A stretch of 64,000 nucleotides of DNA from an uncultured virus (IMG/VR IMGVR_UViG_3300047561_001544). Its lineage: Duplodnaviria > Heunggongvirae > Uroviricota > Caudoviricetes. Each line of letters opens with the position of its first letter. Positions within the stretch are counted from its first letter, which is position 1. Under the pieces are notes generated by a model that worked only from the letters and a program-made list of their open reading frames with translations, had not been told where the DNA came from and did not search any database. Positions 49,351-57,937 of the stretch are shown piece after piece. The stretch lies in the IMG/VR virus record IMGVR_UViG_3300047561_001544. The stretch is one strand, 5' to 3'. Position numbers and translations under genes: made by a program.

Positions 49351-49875
49351 ATGATGAAATATATCAAAATCGCAGTAGTCATGTTGGTAACGACTGGTTC
49401 AGTCATTGCTGGCAGTGATTTTAAATCAAATAAAAACGTTATTGAAGACACTTGTCGTTTTCGTGACACCGAACTTCAACTTGACCTTTTCGGTACTGGT
49501 GGATTCTATCAAGAGGGTAATCCAGGATGGGGCGGTGGTGCTGGACTTAACGTATTCTTTCTCAAGTATATCGGCCTTGGGGTAGAACAAAGTTTGGCAG
49601 CGCGTAATGACGCTACAGAATGGGGTACTTTTGGTAATCTGTTCTTGCGTTATCCAATTTGTGGTTGGAACTTGTCTCCATATGTTATGGCTGGACTTGG
49701 CGCGGTTTACGGTTCTAATAATGACGCAGTCCTAGCTGGTACTGTTGGTGGCGGATTGGAATACCGATTCACAGATAATATCGGTATTTTTGCTGATGCG
49801 CGTTGGCTTTACAATGCCGAAGCTAGTGATAGTGGCGCAGTCTTGGCGCGTACTGGATTGAAGTTTGCTTTCTGA
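49351..49875 (+). CDS. outer-membrane beta-barrel protein (8-stranded, porin-family-like)
   Basis: Signal peptide, amphipathic strands (SPYVMAGLG, GGGLEYRF), C-terminal GLKFAF BAM signal. Confidence 0.88.
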   Translation: MMKYIKIAVVMLVTTGSVIAGSDFKSNKNVIEDTCRFRDTELQLDLFGTGGFYQEGNPGWGGGAGLNVFFLKYIGLGVEQSLAARNDATEWGTFGNLFLRYPICGWNLSPYVMAGLGAVYGSNNDAVLAGTVGGGLEYRFTDNIGIFADARWLYNAEASDSGAVLARTGLKFAF

Positions 49876-49897
49876 GCCAAATCCCATTCAAGAAACT

Positions 49898-49932
49898 AAT
49901 AATGGGTCTAGAAATAGGCCCATTATTTTTTT
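49898..49932 (+). terminator. intrinsic terminator
   Basis: AATAATGGGTCTA-GAAA-TAGGCCCATTATT plus T run. Confidence 0.85.
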
Positions 49933-50006
49933 GCGGAATTAGTTTAATGGTAAAACGAAGCTCTTCCAAAGCCTAGATAGGAGTTCGATTCTCCTATTCC
50001 GCACCA
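49933..50006 (+). tRNA. tRNA-Gly(TCC)
   Basis: GCGGAAT/ATTCCGC, loop CT-TCC-AA, ACCA end. Confidence 0.9.
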
Positions 50007-50028
50007 TTTAATTAGTGTAATAAACTAG

Positions 50029-51165
50029 ATGATTAACACACATCAAGAGGGGTCTGAAAAGTTTCCTACTTTATTTGGTTTTAAAACTGATAATAAAATT
50101 GCCGCTAACGGTTTAAATACTATTTATGGTATTGTAATGGTAGTTGCAATGGCTTTTGCTTACCACGCGTTAAGCCTTATTCTTGTCGAGTGGAATTCTT
50201 TTTTAATATTTTTAGCAGCTATTGCTGTTGTTGGATTACCTTACTGCATTAAGATTATAATGTATGGGCGCAAATTATTTACTTTAAATATGGCTATACT
50301 ATGTATTGCTATTAGTTTATTACCTACAATTTTTGATTTTATTGGTTTTTATTCAGAAACAAGCATTAGACAATCACTGGTTAATACAAAATTTGAAGTG
50401 TTAGAAAAATTAAATTATTTTGATAAAGAGGCGCGCAAAGCTATAAATGAAAATATTATCGAGTTAGATAAAGACTATAATGTAAAATTGGTACAAACAG
50501 AAAAGGATTTTAATTCAAAAAAATCAAGCTTATCTCAAGAAGTCGTGGATGCACAACAAACATTTATAGATGAAACACAGGGCGTTTCTGGACGATCCAC
50601 AAGCGGTAGAATCGGTATTGGGCCAAAGTCTAAAGAACTTGAATCAGAAGTTAGGAAGGCCGAAGCAAGAACTGAATTAGAAAGAAAAGAGCTAGAAGAT
50701 AATAAACAAAAAGAAATTAGTCGTTTAACCAAAGATTATGAAACCAGATATAAATCTTATCAAGAAGGTATAGATGCGATTAATGAATTGGTTTCCTCTA
50801 AAGATAATAAAGGTTTAATTTTCGAAGTTAATCGTGCTAAAACTTTTGATGAATTAGCTGATACTGTTGTTCGTCTAAATACTAGTGTTAATATGGTCAG
50901 TTCTAAATTAGGTGTTGAACCAGAATATGTTAAGTTCTCTACCGAAAATGTTATCCAATTATCTTTTGGTGCCCTAACACGTTTTGAAATTACTGCGGTT
51001 ATTTGTTTTGCACTAGCCCTTCTTTTAGAAATTGTCGATACTATTATTGTTTATATGGTTCGTGGTGTTAAAAGTAAAGAAAAAGAGGAAAAAATAGAAG
51101 AACAAAACGCTGAAATACCAACAGTTGTCGTAGATAATGTAAAAAAGATTGTGAGTGTTAGATAA
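50029..51165 (+). CDS. membrane coiled-coil protein (DUF4407-like)
   Basis: 3 N-terminal TMs, coiled coil with E..G..G..G.GP, C-terminal TM. Confidence 0.7.
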   Translation: MINTHQEGSEKFPTLFGFKTDNKIAANGLNTIYGIVMVVAMAFAYHALSLILVEWNSFLIFLAAIAVVGLPYCIKIIMYGRKLFTLNMAILCIAISLLPTIFDFIGFYSETSIRQSLVNTKFEVLEKLNYFDKEARKAINENIIELDKDYNVKLVQTEKDFNSKKSSLSQEVVDAQQTFIDETQGVSGRSTSGRIGIGPKSKELESEVRKAEARTELERKELEDNKQKEISRLTKDYETRYKSYQEGIDAINELVSSKDNKGLIFEVNRAKTFDELADTVVRLNTSVNMVSSKLGVEPEYVKFSTENVIQLSFGALTRFEITAVICFALALLLEIVDTIIVYMVRGVKSKEKEEKIEEQNAEIPTVVVDNVKKIVSVR

Positions 51166-51204
51166 AAGGGTTGATTTTATAAAAAAAAGTCGTATCATTC
51201 ATTA

Positions 51205-51504
51205 ATGAGCGACAACTCAAATATTATCAACCAGTATGGATATCCTAGAATTACTGCGCCTGATCAACAATTAATTACTTTAATTGAATCAATGGGGAGA
51301 GCAGTAAGAGACAATGAATATAATTTCCCTGAGAAAAGATGGTTTCGCTTGTGCGAGATATATTATTCTTTGAGATATGGATTGTATGGTTATGCTTGGC
51401 AAAAAATCAACGATTTAAGGGACGATTTACGATGGAAGATTCCATCAGATGTTTATCATGCATTAAAAGACATATGTAAGGATATGAATGTTAAAATAGC
51501 ATGA
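51205..51504 (+). CDS. hypothetical protein
   Basis: 99-aa ORF. Confidence 0.6.
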   Translation: MSDNSNIINQYGYPRITAPDQQLITLIESMGRAVRDNEYNFPEKRWFRLCEIYYSLRYGLYGYAWQKINDLRDDLRWKIPSDVYHALKDICKDMNVKIA

Positions 51505-51510
51505 TTATTA

Positions 51511-51582
51511 TGCCAAGTAGCTCAGTGGTAGAGCGGTCGGCTGTTAACCGATTGGTCGTAGGTTCGAGCCCTACCTTGGCAG
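51511..51582 (+). tRNA. tRNA-Asn(GTT)
   Basis: GTCGG-CTGTTAA-CCGAT, TGCCAAG/CTTGGCA, G73. Confidence 0.93.
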
Positions 51583-51589
51583 TTTTTGT

Positions 51590-51916
51590 ATGAAAACCTG
51601 CGTGTATTGTAAAATTGAAAAAGATATAGGAGAGTTTCCTAAACACTCTTTATATAAAGACAATTTAGATATGCGTTGTAGAGATTGTATAAAAAAACAT
51701 GTTAAAGTTAGGAAAGAGCTTCATAAGAACGCGCCACCAAAACCCGAATTTTGCGAATGTTGTGGCAAAATTCCGCGCAAGTGGTGTTTAGATCACGATC
51801 ATAAAACTGATAAATTTCGTGGATGGTTATGTGATAAATGTAATACTGGCATTGGTAAATTGGGTGATGATTTAGAGGGTGTTATGAAAGCTGTTAAATT
51901 TTTAAAGAGGGTGTAA
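51590..51916 (+). CDS. endonuclease VII-family homing endonuclease
   Basis: CxxC motifs, LDHDH.T..FRGWLC..CN.GIG.LGD. Confidence 0.9.
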   Translation: MKTCVYCKIEKDIGEFPKHSLYKDNLDMRCRDCIKKHVKVRKELHKNAPPKPEFCECCGKIPRKWCLDHDHKTDKFRGWLCDKCNTGIGKLGDDLEGVMKAVKFLKRV

Positions 51917-51983
51917 TGGCACTGACTTCTAATCAGTACGCGCATAATGGATGATGCAGGTTCGAATCCTGTCACCCTCGCCA
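51907..51983 (+). tRNA. non-canonical tRNA-Arg(TCT)-like RNA with relocated D-arm elements
   Basis: GAGGGTG/CACCCTC-G-CCA, ACTGA-CTTCTAA-TCAGT, GCAGG-TTCGAAT-CCTGT; 7-nt linker instead of D-arm; 18-nt segment containing AATGGA after anticodon arm. Confidence 0.8.
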
Positions 51984-52328
51984 ATGTCTTAACCTATGAC
52001 AATTTGAGCAAAGAAGAACCGTTTTATCTAATTCTAAAAATAATTTATTTTTATTTATTTGTCTCATTTTAGTCCATTCGAATTTTTTTTGTTTTGGGTC
52101 TAAATGATGAAAATCAAAAATACATGAATTTGTGCCATCATATTTTACTAAACAGTCACAACATTGATTTCCTTTATAATCTAAGGCCACAATTCTTCTA
52201 GATTTCCATCTATCTGCAACATATTTATTAAAACAGTCTTTACAGTAGCTTTGTAATCGTTTTTTATTTTTAATATAAAAATCAGTTTCATTTTTAAAAT
52301 TTTTGCATTTTGAACATTGGATCATCAT
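51972..52328 (-). CDS. HNH homing endonuclease
   Basis: CxxC motifs, FDFHHLDP..K...LLCSNCHRLRH. Confidence 0.88.
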   Translation of the reverse strand: MMIQCSKCKNFKNETDFYIKNKKRLQSYCKDCFNKYVADRWKSRRIVALDYKGNQCCDCLVKYDGTNSCIFDFHHLDPKQKKFEWTKMRQINKNKLFLELDKTVLLCSNCHRLRHWRG

Positions 52329-52405
52329 AATGATGATTGGATAGAAAGATCTTATCTAAACTTTTTCTTGACCAAATATCAAAAATAACTTATAGTAATT
52401 TATAT

Positions 52406-52481
52406 GGCACAGTAGTCCAATGGCAGAGACAACAGACTTAAAATCTGTCAAGTGTGGGTTCGAGTCCCACCTGTGCTACCA
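52406..52481 (+). tRNA. tRNA-Leu(TAA), short variable loop
   Basis: ACAGA-CTTAAAA-TCTGT, 5-nt variable region, ACCA. Confidence 0.9.
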
Positions 52482-52490
52482 AATCATTTT

Positions 52491-52865
52491 ATGAAAACAA
52501 AATTTAATAAAAAATTTAGAGCTTTTGTGGATACACTTAATACATTATATTATTGGGACGTTTATGATGATTTTAGAAAAATAGATAAAAATTTAATTAA
52601 TTATAATGTTAACACTCATATACAATTTTCTAAAGAAAATTTTAATCCCCAACAGTTCACTGGTTTTAAAGACGCTAATAATAAAGAAATTTATGAAGGA
52701 GACTATATTAAATTAAACGATCAAAAAGATTGCGTAGTAGATTTTTTCAAGGGGAGTTTTATTTTAAAATTTTTTAATACTAAAAATGATTTTATTTGGT
52801 TTCATGATATCAAAGATAATGATATTTTAGAAATCAAAGGGACTATTTCCCATGATTTCAAATGA
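52491..52865 (+). CDS. YopX family protein
   Basis: KFRAF...QFTGFKDANNKEIYEGD. Confidence 0.8.
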   Translation: MKTKFNKKFRAFVDTLNTLYYWDVYDDFRKIDKNLINYNVNTHIQFSKENFNPQQFTGFKDANNKEIYEGDYIKLNDQKDCVVDFFKGSFILKFFNTKNDFIWFHDIKDNDILEIKGTISHDFK

Positions 52866-53027
52866 AAACTTATTACATAATTGAAAACTTTAACAAGTTA
52901 GCTAATCTTTGGGTACAGTATGATTTTATTCAATATAAGACTTTACAAATGGCTAAAAATGAGGTAGAAAGATTTAAAGAAAATAAGACTAAAGATAAAC
53001 TTAGAGTAGTCAAAATACAAATCGTAT

Positions 53028-53354
53028 ATGAAAAAAAATAAAAAACCAGTAACACGTTTTATGGATATGTATAGTGGCGGTGAATTAAAAACTAGCTATA
53101 CGCATATTTATATTGACGGAGAGCTTGAAACAGCCGTACAAACATTCCGAGAAATTTTTGGTATTGATCCTGATGATCAAACATGCGACTGTTGTGGCAA
53201 AGATTTCTCTTATGATGAATACGAAAATATCGAAGAAGCCACGGCTTACGAACGTGGTTGTGAGTGGAACGATCAGGGATATGATCTTAAAACAGCAAAG
53301 ATTTCAGTAAATGAGTATTTTGATGCAGATGATATACTTTGGATAACAGAATAA
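53028..53354 (+). CDS. conserved phage hypothetical protein
   Basis: FMDMYSGG, TCDCCG.DF. Confidence 0.65.
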   Translation: MKKNKKPVTRFMDMYSGGELKTSYTHIYIDGELETAVQTFREIFGIDPDDQTCDCCGKDFSYDEYENIEEATAYERGCEWNDQGYDLKTAKISVNEYFDADDILWITE

Positions 53355-53358
53355 AATT

Positions 53359-53679
53359 ATGAACATAAATACATACCAAGAAGAGGCCGCTAAAACGGCT
53401 ATTTATAAAGATAAACTAATTTACCCTACGCTAGGATTGGCTGGAGAAGCTGGTGAAATGGCAAATAAAGTTAAGAAAATTTTGCGCGATAATGCTGGTG
53501 AACTATCTGATGAAGTGCGAAAAGATCTTATTAAAGAATTGGGTGACGTAATGTGGTATTGTGCAGCTTTAGCTACTGATCTCGGAACTTCACTTGGCGA
53601 AATTTGTTTTGTTAATATTGAAAAACTCAAAAGTCGTCAAGAGCGTAATCAGATTGGTGGAAGCGGAGACAATCGCTAA
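53359..53679 (+). CDS. MazG-like NTP pyrophosphohydrolase
   Basis: LGLAGEAGE..NKVKK, KELGDVMWY, GSGDNR. Confidence 0.9.
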   Translation: MNINTYQEEAAKTAIYKDKLIYPTLGLAGEAGEMANKVKKILRDNAGELSDEVRKDLIKELGDVMWYCAALATDLGTSLGEICFVNIEKLKSRQERNQIGGSGDNR

Positions 53680-53904
53680 ATGAAAAAACAAAATAATCAT
53701 AAATTCAATGAGGCCATACTATGGCTATTGACAATTCCAACCGAAGAACTATCAGATTCAATGGTTTTGGCACATCAAAAAATGCATGAAGAGGGTCAAA
53801 ATGAAATTTGGTTGATTGATTATTTTGAGAGTAATCTAAAAGAAGAAATCAAAGAATTCATTGAATGGAATCATGATTTTAATATTTCAATTTCTTTAAA
53901 ATGA
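53680..53904 (+). CDS. hypothetical protein
   Basis: 74-aa ORF. Confidence 0.5.
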   Translation: MKKQNNHKFNEAILWLLTIPTEELSDSMVLAHQKMHEEGQNEIWLIDYFESNLKEEIKEFIEWNHDFNISISLK

Positions 53905-54719
53905 AAACTATTTTAGTTATGGGGTGTAGTTTTTCATCCGAAGAGAACAATACTTGGGTATCTTTTTTAAAAGACAAATATAAATTAAAAATTTTAAATA
54001 AATCAATTTCTGGTATTGGAAATCATTTAATTGCACATAATACGATATTAGAAACTCAAAAATTAATTAAAGAATATTCAGATATTTTTGTTATAATTCA
54101 ATGGAGTGGTATATTTAGATATGATCAAATAGTTAATAAAACTAAAGCCGATCATCGTATTTTATACAATAATGATACAGAACATGTGTGGATAGATAGT
54201 TTTGCTTTTCGTGAGAATTCTTTCTGGAAAAAATATTATGAAATAAAATCCTATGAGCAAGCTTTTCTTGAAACTATAGAAAATATTTTAAGAGTTCAGT
54301 GGTTTTTAAAATCAAACAATATTTCATATAAAATGTTAAATGGATGGGATATATTAACTTATGGTGAAATAAAACCTTTAAGAGAATTTGGTATTAATGA
54401 ATATGGAATTGCAGATGAAATTAATATTAATGGAAGTCAATATTTGGATGATAACTATGAAAGTATTAATAATAATTTAATTATTGATAAATTTAAATGG
54501 GTACAACCTTTATGGGATTTAATTGATTGGAATAACTACTGGACATATAATGATGATAAAATTAAATATGGTGGCATTATACAATGGGTAAAAAGAAATT
54601 TGCCAAAAGAAATTTGGCATCCGCATGATGGAGATTTTCATCCACATCAAAAAGCTCATGAATTATTTGCAGATTATGCGATAAAGAACATTTTTCGGGA
54701 AATCTATGAAGAAAATTAA
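53901..54719 (+). CDS. SGNH hydrolase-like protein
   Basis: GCSFS, SGIGN, QWS..R, DFHP...H. Confidence 0.75.
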   Translation: MKTILVMGCSFSSEENNTWVSFLKDKYKLKILNKSISGIGNHLIAHNTILETQKLIKEYSDIFVIIQWSGIFRYDQIVNKTKADHRILYNNDTEHVWIDSFAFRENSFWKKYYEIKSYEQAFLETIENILRVQWFLKSNNISYKMLNGWDILTYGEIKPLREFGINEYGIADEININGSQYLDDNYESINNNLIIDKFKWVQPLWDLIDWNNYWTYNDDKIKYGGIIQWVKRNLPKEIWHPHDGDFHPHQKAHELFADYAIKNIFREIYEEN

Positions 54720-54832
54720 ATTTATTCTATATAATATATATTATTTCTTTACAGATTATAAAAAATTTAAGATAAATAGAAAAATAAATAAAATGCAAAA
54801 AAAATATCCAAATATATACCCTCTTTACTAAT

Positions 54833-55825
54833 ATGAAAATATTGCCTTCTAAATCTATTTATTATGATAATGTTAATTTAGTTGCACAGCCGACCGAAGT
54901 AAAATCTCGTAAAGATATTCCACAAGAGTTAGAGAGAATTATGGTTAGTCCAATGCAGTCAATTGTTGGGCCAATTTTTGCGAAAAAAGCCCTTGAACTC
55001 GGGCTTTCGGTTTGTTTGCATCGTTTTAATTCAACAATTCAAGAACGGTTAAAGTTAATTAATGATGTATTTATGAATATGACCGACCCAAATATGGCGA
55101 AAAGAGTTTGGGTTTCAGTAGGATTAAAAGATTTAGAATATATAGAAGCTATTATACATCAAGGAGTAGAGAATATTATTATTGATGTGGCTAATGGATA
55201 TATGTCTGACGTAATTGAATTTGCGTCACAGATCTTTCATAAATCGGACAAACGAATTAAAAAAATTATGCTAGGTAATATTCATAGCGATACTATTCTT
55301 ACGGATTATCAGTACCTTTCTATTTATTTAGGTATTCCAATTTATTTTCGTTGCGGGATTGCTAGCGGTAGTGTTTGTAATACTAGCGGAATGACTGGAT
55401 ACAATCGCGGCCAAATTACGGAAATTAATGAATGTGCAACTTGGGTTGATTCTACTAATAGTAATTTAATTTTAGTTGCTGATGGAGGAATTGCTAATCC
55501 AGCTTGTGCAGCTAAGGCTTTTGGCGCAGGAGCGGAATATGTAATGATGGGCGGTTATTTTGCACATGCTAAAGAGTCTCAGCACGTTATTGATGAGATT
55601 TATAAATTTTGGGGTGGTGCTTCAGAATTTCAACAAATAATGTCTAAAGGAACGGCTGAACGTCATAGTGAAGGCAAAGAACAGGATATTAATAAAGATA
55701 ATCTTTTAAACTTGGATAAACTAGTTTCTGATTTATGGGGCGGTATTAGTAGCGCAGTTAGTTATAGCGGACATAAAACTCTCACAAAATTTATTGGAAA
55801 TGCGGTGTTTGAGATTAAAGAATAA
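54833..55825 (+). CDS. guaC: GMP reductase (IMPDH/GMPR family)
   Basis: IDVANGY, GIASGSVCNT, ADGGI, KAFGAGA.YVMMG, SEGK. Confidence 0.8.
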   Translation: MKILPSKSIYYDNVNLVAQPTEVKSRKDIPQELERIMVSPMQSIVGPIFAKKALELGLSVCLHRFNSTIQERLKLINDVFMNMTDPNMAKRVWVSVGLKDLEYIEAIIHQGVENIIIDVANGYMSDVIEFASQIFHKSDKRIKKIMLGNIHSDTILTDYQYLSIYLGIPIYFRCGIASGSVCNTSGMTGYNRGQITEINECATWVDSTNSNLILVADGGIANPACAAKAFGAGAEYVMMGGYFAHAKESQHVIDEIYKFWGGASEFQQIMSKGTAERHSEGKEQDINKDNLLNLDKLVSDLWGGISSAVSYSGHKTLTKFIGNAVFEIKE

Positions 55826-55831
55826 AAATAT

Positions 55832-55918
55832 GGAAGCGTACTCAAGCGGTTTACGAGAGAAATTTACTAAATTTCCGAGGTCTAAAAGCCTCCGTGGGTT
55901 CGAATCCCACCGCTTCCT
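55832..55918 (+). tRNA. tRNA-Ser(ACT)
   Basis: GGAAGCG/CGCTTCC, GAAAT-TTACTAA-ATTTC, long variable arm GAGGT/GCCTC. Confidence 0.85.
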
Positions 55919-55960
55919 TTTTTATTGATATTTCTTAAAAACTTTCTATAATAAGTAAAA

Positions 55961-56155
55961 ATGGAGACTTACTACATAAAATTAACCTTTAAAGGTCGTT
56001 ATTTTGATATAGGAATAACCCCTGTTGAGTACGATGGTTATGATATTGAAGTACGTGTAAAAGAAAAATTATCTGGAGATGATTTTCGATCTTTACGACA
56101 ATATCTTGAAAATGAAGGATATTTTGAAGCCGCACGAAATTTTTTAAAAATATAA
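55961..56155 (+). CDS. hypothetical protein
   Basis: 64 aa, YLENEGY. Confidence 0.55.
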   Translation: METYYIKLTFKGRYFDIGITPVEYDGYDIEVRVKEKLSGDDFRSLRQYLENEGYFEAARNFLKI

Positions 56156-56166
56156 AAATACTAAAT

Positions 56167-56445
56167 ATGAATATAGAACCCTTAGAAGTCAAACTGGTAA
56201 AGTCTTCAAAAATTGAAGATGGGGATATTGTAATTATAAAAATAGATTCAGAAGATAAGAAAAATTTTGATACAGATAATATCAAAAGTTTGTATAGTCA
56301 GATAAAAAAAATGTTAGGAGATAAAAATCTTTCTATATATTTCTTTCCAAAGAATCTTGATATAGACTTTATAAAAACTCAAGTAGAGAATATTGAATCA
56401 AATAAAGATAAAATTAATAATGAAATCGAAACTCCAAATAATTAA
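56167..56445 (+). CDS. hypothetical protein
   Basis: 92-aa ORF. Confidence 0.55.
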   Translation: MNIEPLEVKLVKSSKIEDGDIVIIKIDSEDKKNFDTDNIKSLYSQIKKMLGDKNLSIYFFPKNLDIDFIKTQVENIESNKDKINNEIETPNN

Positions 56446-56659
56446 AAATATAATTTTACTTTTAATAGTAAGTATAAATAATATTTACAGTCAAGAGAAT
56501 AAACCATTTGCTTTTATATCCTCCGTTGGTACTTCTGTAAGACAGTCGGAATTACAAGCTTTTAACGTAGCCTATATGAATAATCTAAGAGTAGTATCTG
56601 TGAGTAATTCGAAACAGGGTAATATCTGGACATCTATAGTAAAAGTTGTTTCAAAATAA
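56420..56659 (+). CDS. hypothetical secreted protein
   Basis: Signal-peptide-like N-terminus. Confidence 0.45.
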   Translation: MKSKLQIIKNIILLLIVSINNIYSQENKPFAFISSVGTSVRQSELQAFNVAYMNNLRVVSVSNSKQGNIWTSIVKVVSK

Positions 56660-56850
56660 TTTATGAAAATTAAAGAATTAATTAATTTACTTGAAGAAGA
56701 AAACCCCAAAGCCAAAGTAATTTTTGAATTTGAGGGCGAAGAATTGATTGTTGATGAATGGGATATTGAATCCAGCGATAATCTTGTAGTTGTTAAATTG
56801 GTAGAAAAATAGATTGACGCGTTCGTAAAAATTCATTAATATTCACGTAT

Positions 56851-57156
56851 ATGAAAAAACGTGGTAGAAAAGCTGGAAGCGGCAGTTTCATGCAAGTATC
56901 GCTTGAAGAACTCAATCGTGTACTAAAACCCAACGCGCGCGTTGTTATCTGGAGTCGTTACGGCCAGATGCTCGGAATTGAGGGCAAGAAGATCGAGGCA
57001 AACTACGATACTCTCGTGGCGGCAGTTAAGGGTGGCACTACAGAAGTTGAAATCGAAACTTTTGGCGCGCAACCCGTAGCCAAACAAGAAGTTAAAAAAC
57101 AGGACAATACGGAGGAACTCATCCCCAAGCCTTCGGTTTCTTTTGAGGTGTTTTAA
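56851..57156 (+). CDS. hypothetical protein with AT-hook-like N-terminus
   Basis: MKKRGRKAGSGSF; TTGACG-17-TAATAT promoter 8 nt upstream. Confidence 0.65.
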   Translation: MKKRGRKAGSGSFMQVSLEELNRVLKPNARVVIWSRYGQMLGIEGKKIEANYDTLVAAVKGGTTEVEIETFGAQPVAKQEVKKQDNTEELIPKPSVSFEVF

Positions 57157-57157
57157 A

Positions 57158-57358
57158 ATGAAAACTTTTATTAAAATCTTCTGGCCGTTTACCGTTTCGA
57201 TTTGTATTATGATAATTGGCGCATTTATAATGGGCATTCCAATTTCCATTCTATGGAATACTTTTTGCCCTAAAGTGTTCGGCGTAACTAGAATTGACTG
57301 GGTAGATGGGGCAATGCTTTATCTTTTGTGCAATCTTCTTTTTAAAAAGATCGATTGA
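57158..57358 (+). CDS. small membrane protein
   Basis: LWN...P.VFG...I.W. Confidence 0.6.
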   Translation: MKTFIKIFWPFTVSICIMIIGAFIMGIPISILWNTFCPKVFGVTRIDWVDGAMLYLLCNLLFKKID

Positions 57359-57389
57359 CACGCCAATAAAAATCTATTAATATTCAAAC

Positions 57390-57659
57390 ATGATCACTAA
57401 AAAAGACTATACAAAAGATGGTAAACATCCCGAAGATGTTATCTATAAGGAAATGGAGTTTCGTAGCGAGGTTAATAAAATGCTCGTGCAGAGATTCGAG
57501 CAACTTGTAGTTGATTTGCGTCTTACTGCTGATGGCGCTGATTATCTTATGAATTATTTTGATAATTATAGTTTCTTGTATGATAACGAGGAGATACTTG
57601 AATTTGATGAGTTTTTGTCTGAAAATTATGGTATTGAATATGGGGATATACATAAATGA
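57390..57659 (+). CDS. hypothetical protein
   Basis: ORF behind TTGACA-17-TAATAT. Confidence 0.65.
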   Translation: MITKKDYTKDGKHPEDVIYKEMEFRSEVNKMLVQRFEQLVVDLRLTADGADYLMNYFDNYSFLYDNEEILEFDEFLSENYGIEYGDIHK

Positions 57660-57904
57660 CTGATGAACTTACAATTAAAGTAAAGGCAAGTTCATGGGCG
57701 CGTGTTACGCGCGAACGTGATGAAGCGCGCGCTGAGTGTTTAGAACAGTGCCGTTTGCTTGCTATGAGTGCGGATCGTGAGGCTAAACTACTTGGAGAGC
57801 TTGAGCGCGCAAAAAAATCCCTAGATCATTCTACATGGGTTCATGGCGCTTGTAATCCGCCGTCTCCAGATTGGCAGAAGTCTAGAGATTCACAAATGTA
57901 TTGA
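57656..57904 (+). CDS. hypothetical coiled-coil protein
   Basis: RERDEARAE motif. Confidence 0.6.
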   Translation: MTDELTIKVKASSWARVTRERDEARAECLEQCRLLAMSADREAKLLGELERAKKSLDHSTWVHGACNPPSPDWQKSRDSQMY

Positions 57905-57937
57905 CACATTCTCCCAAATGGTATAGACTTGGGAATA

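Noticed and set aside
51799..51984. ORF 51799..51984(-)
   Set aside because: Antisense to the tRNA-like gene and EndoVII ORF (RVTGFEPA is a typical tRNA shadow)
51907..55918. Reading loops CTTCTAA (51926) or TTACTAA (55864) as amber suppressors (CTA)
   Set aside because: The stems centre TCT and ACT in 7-nt loops; CTA would be off-centre
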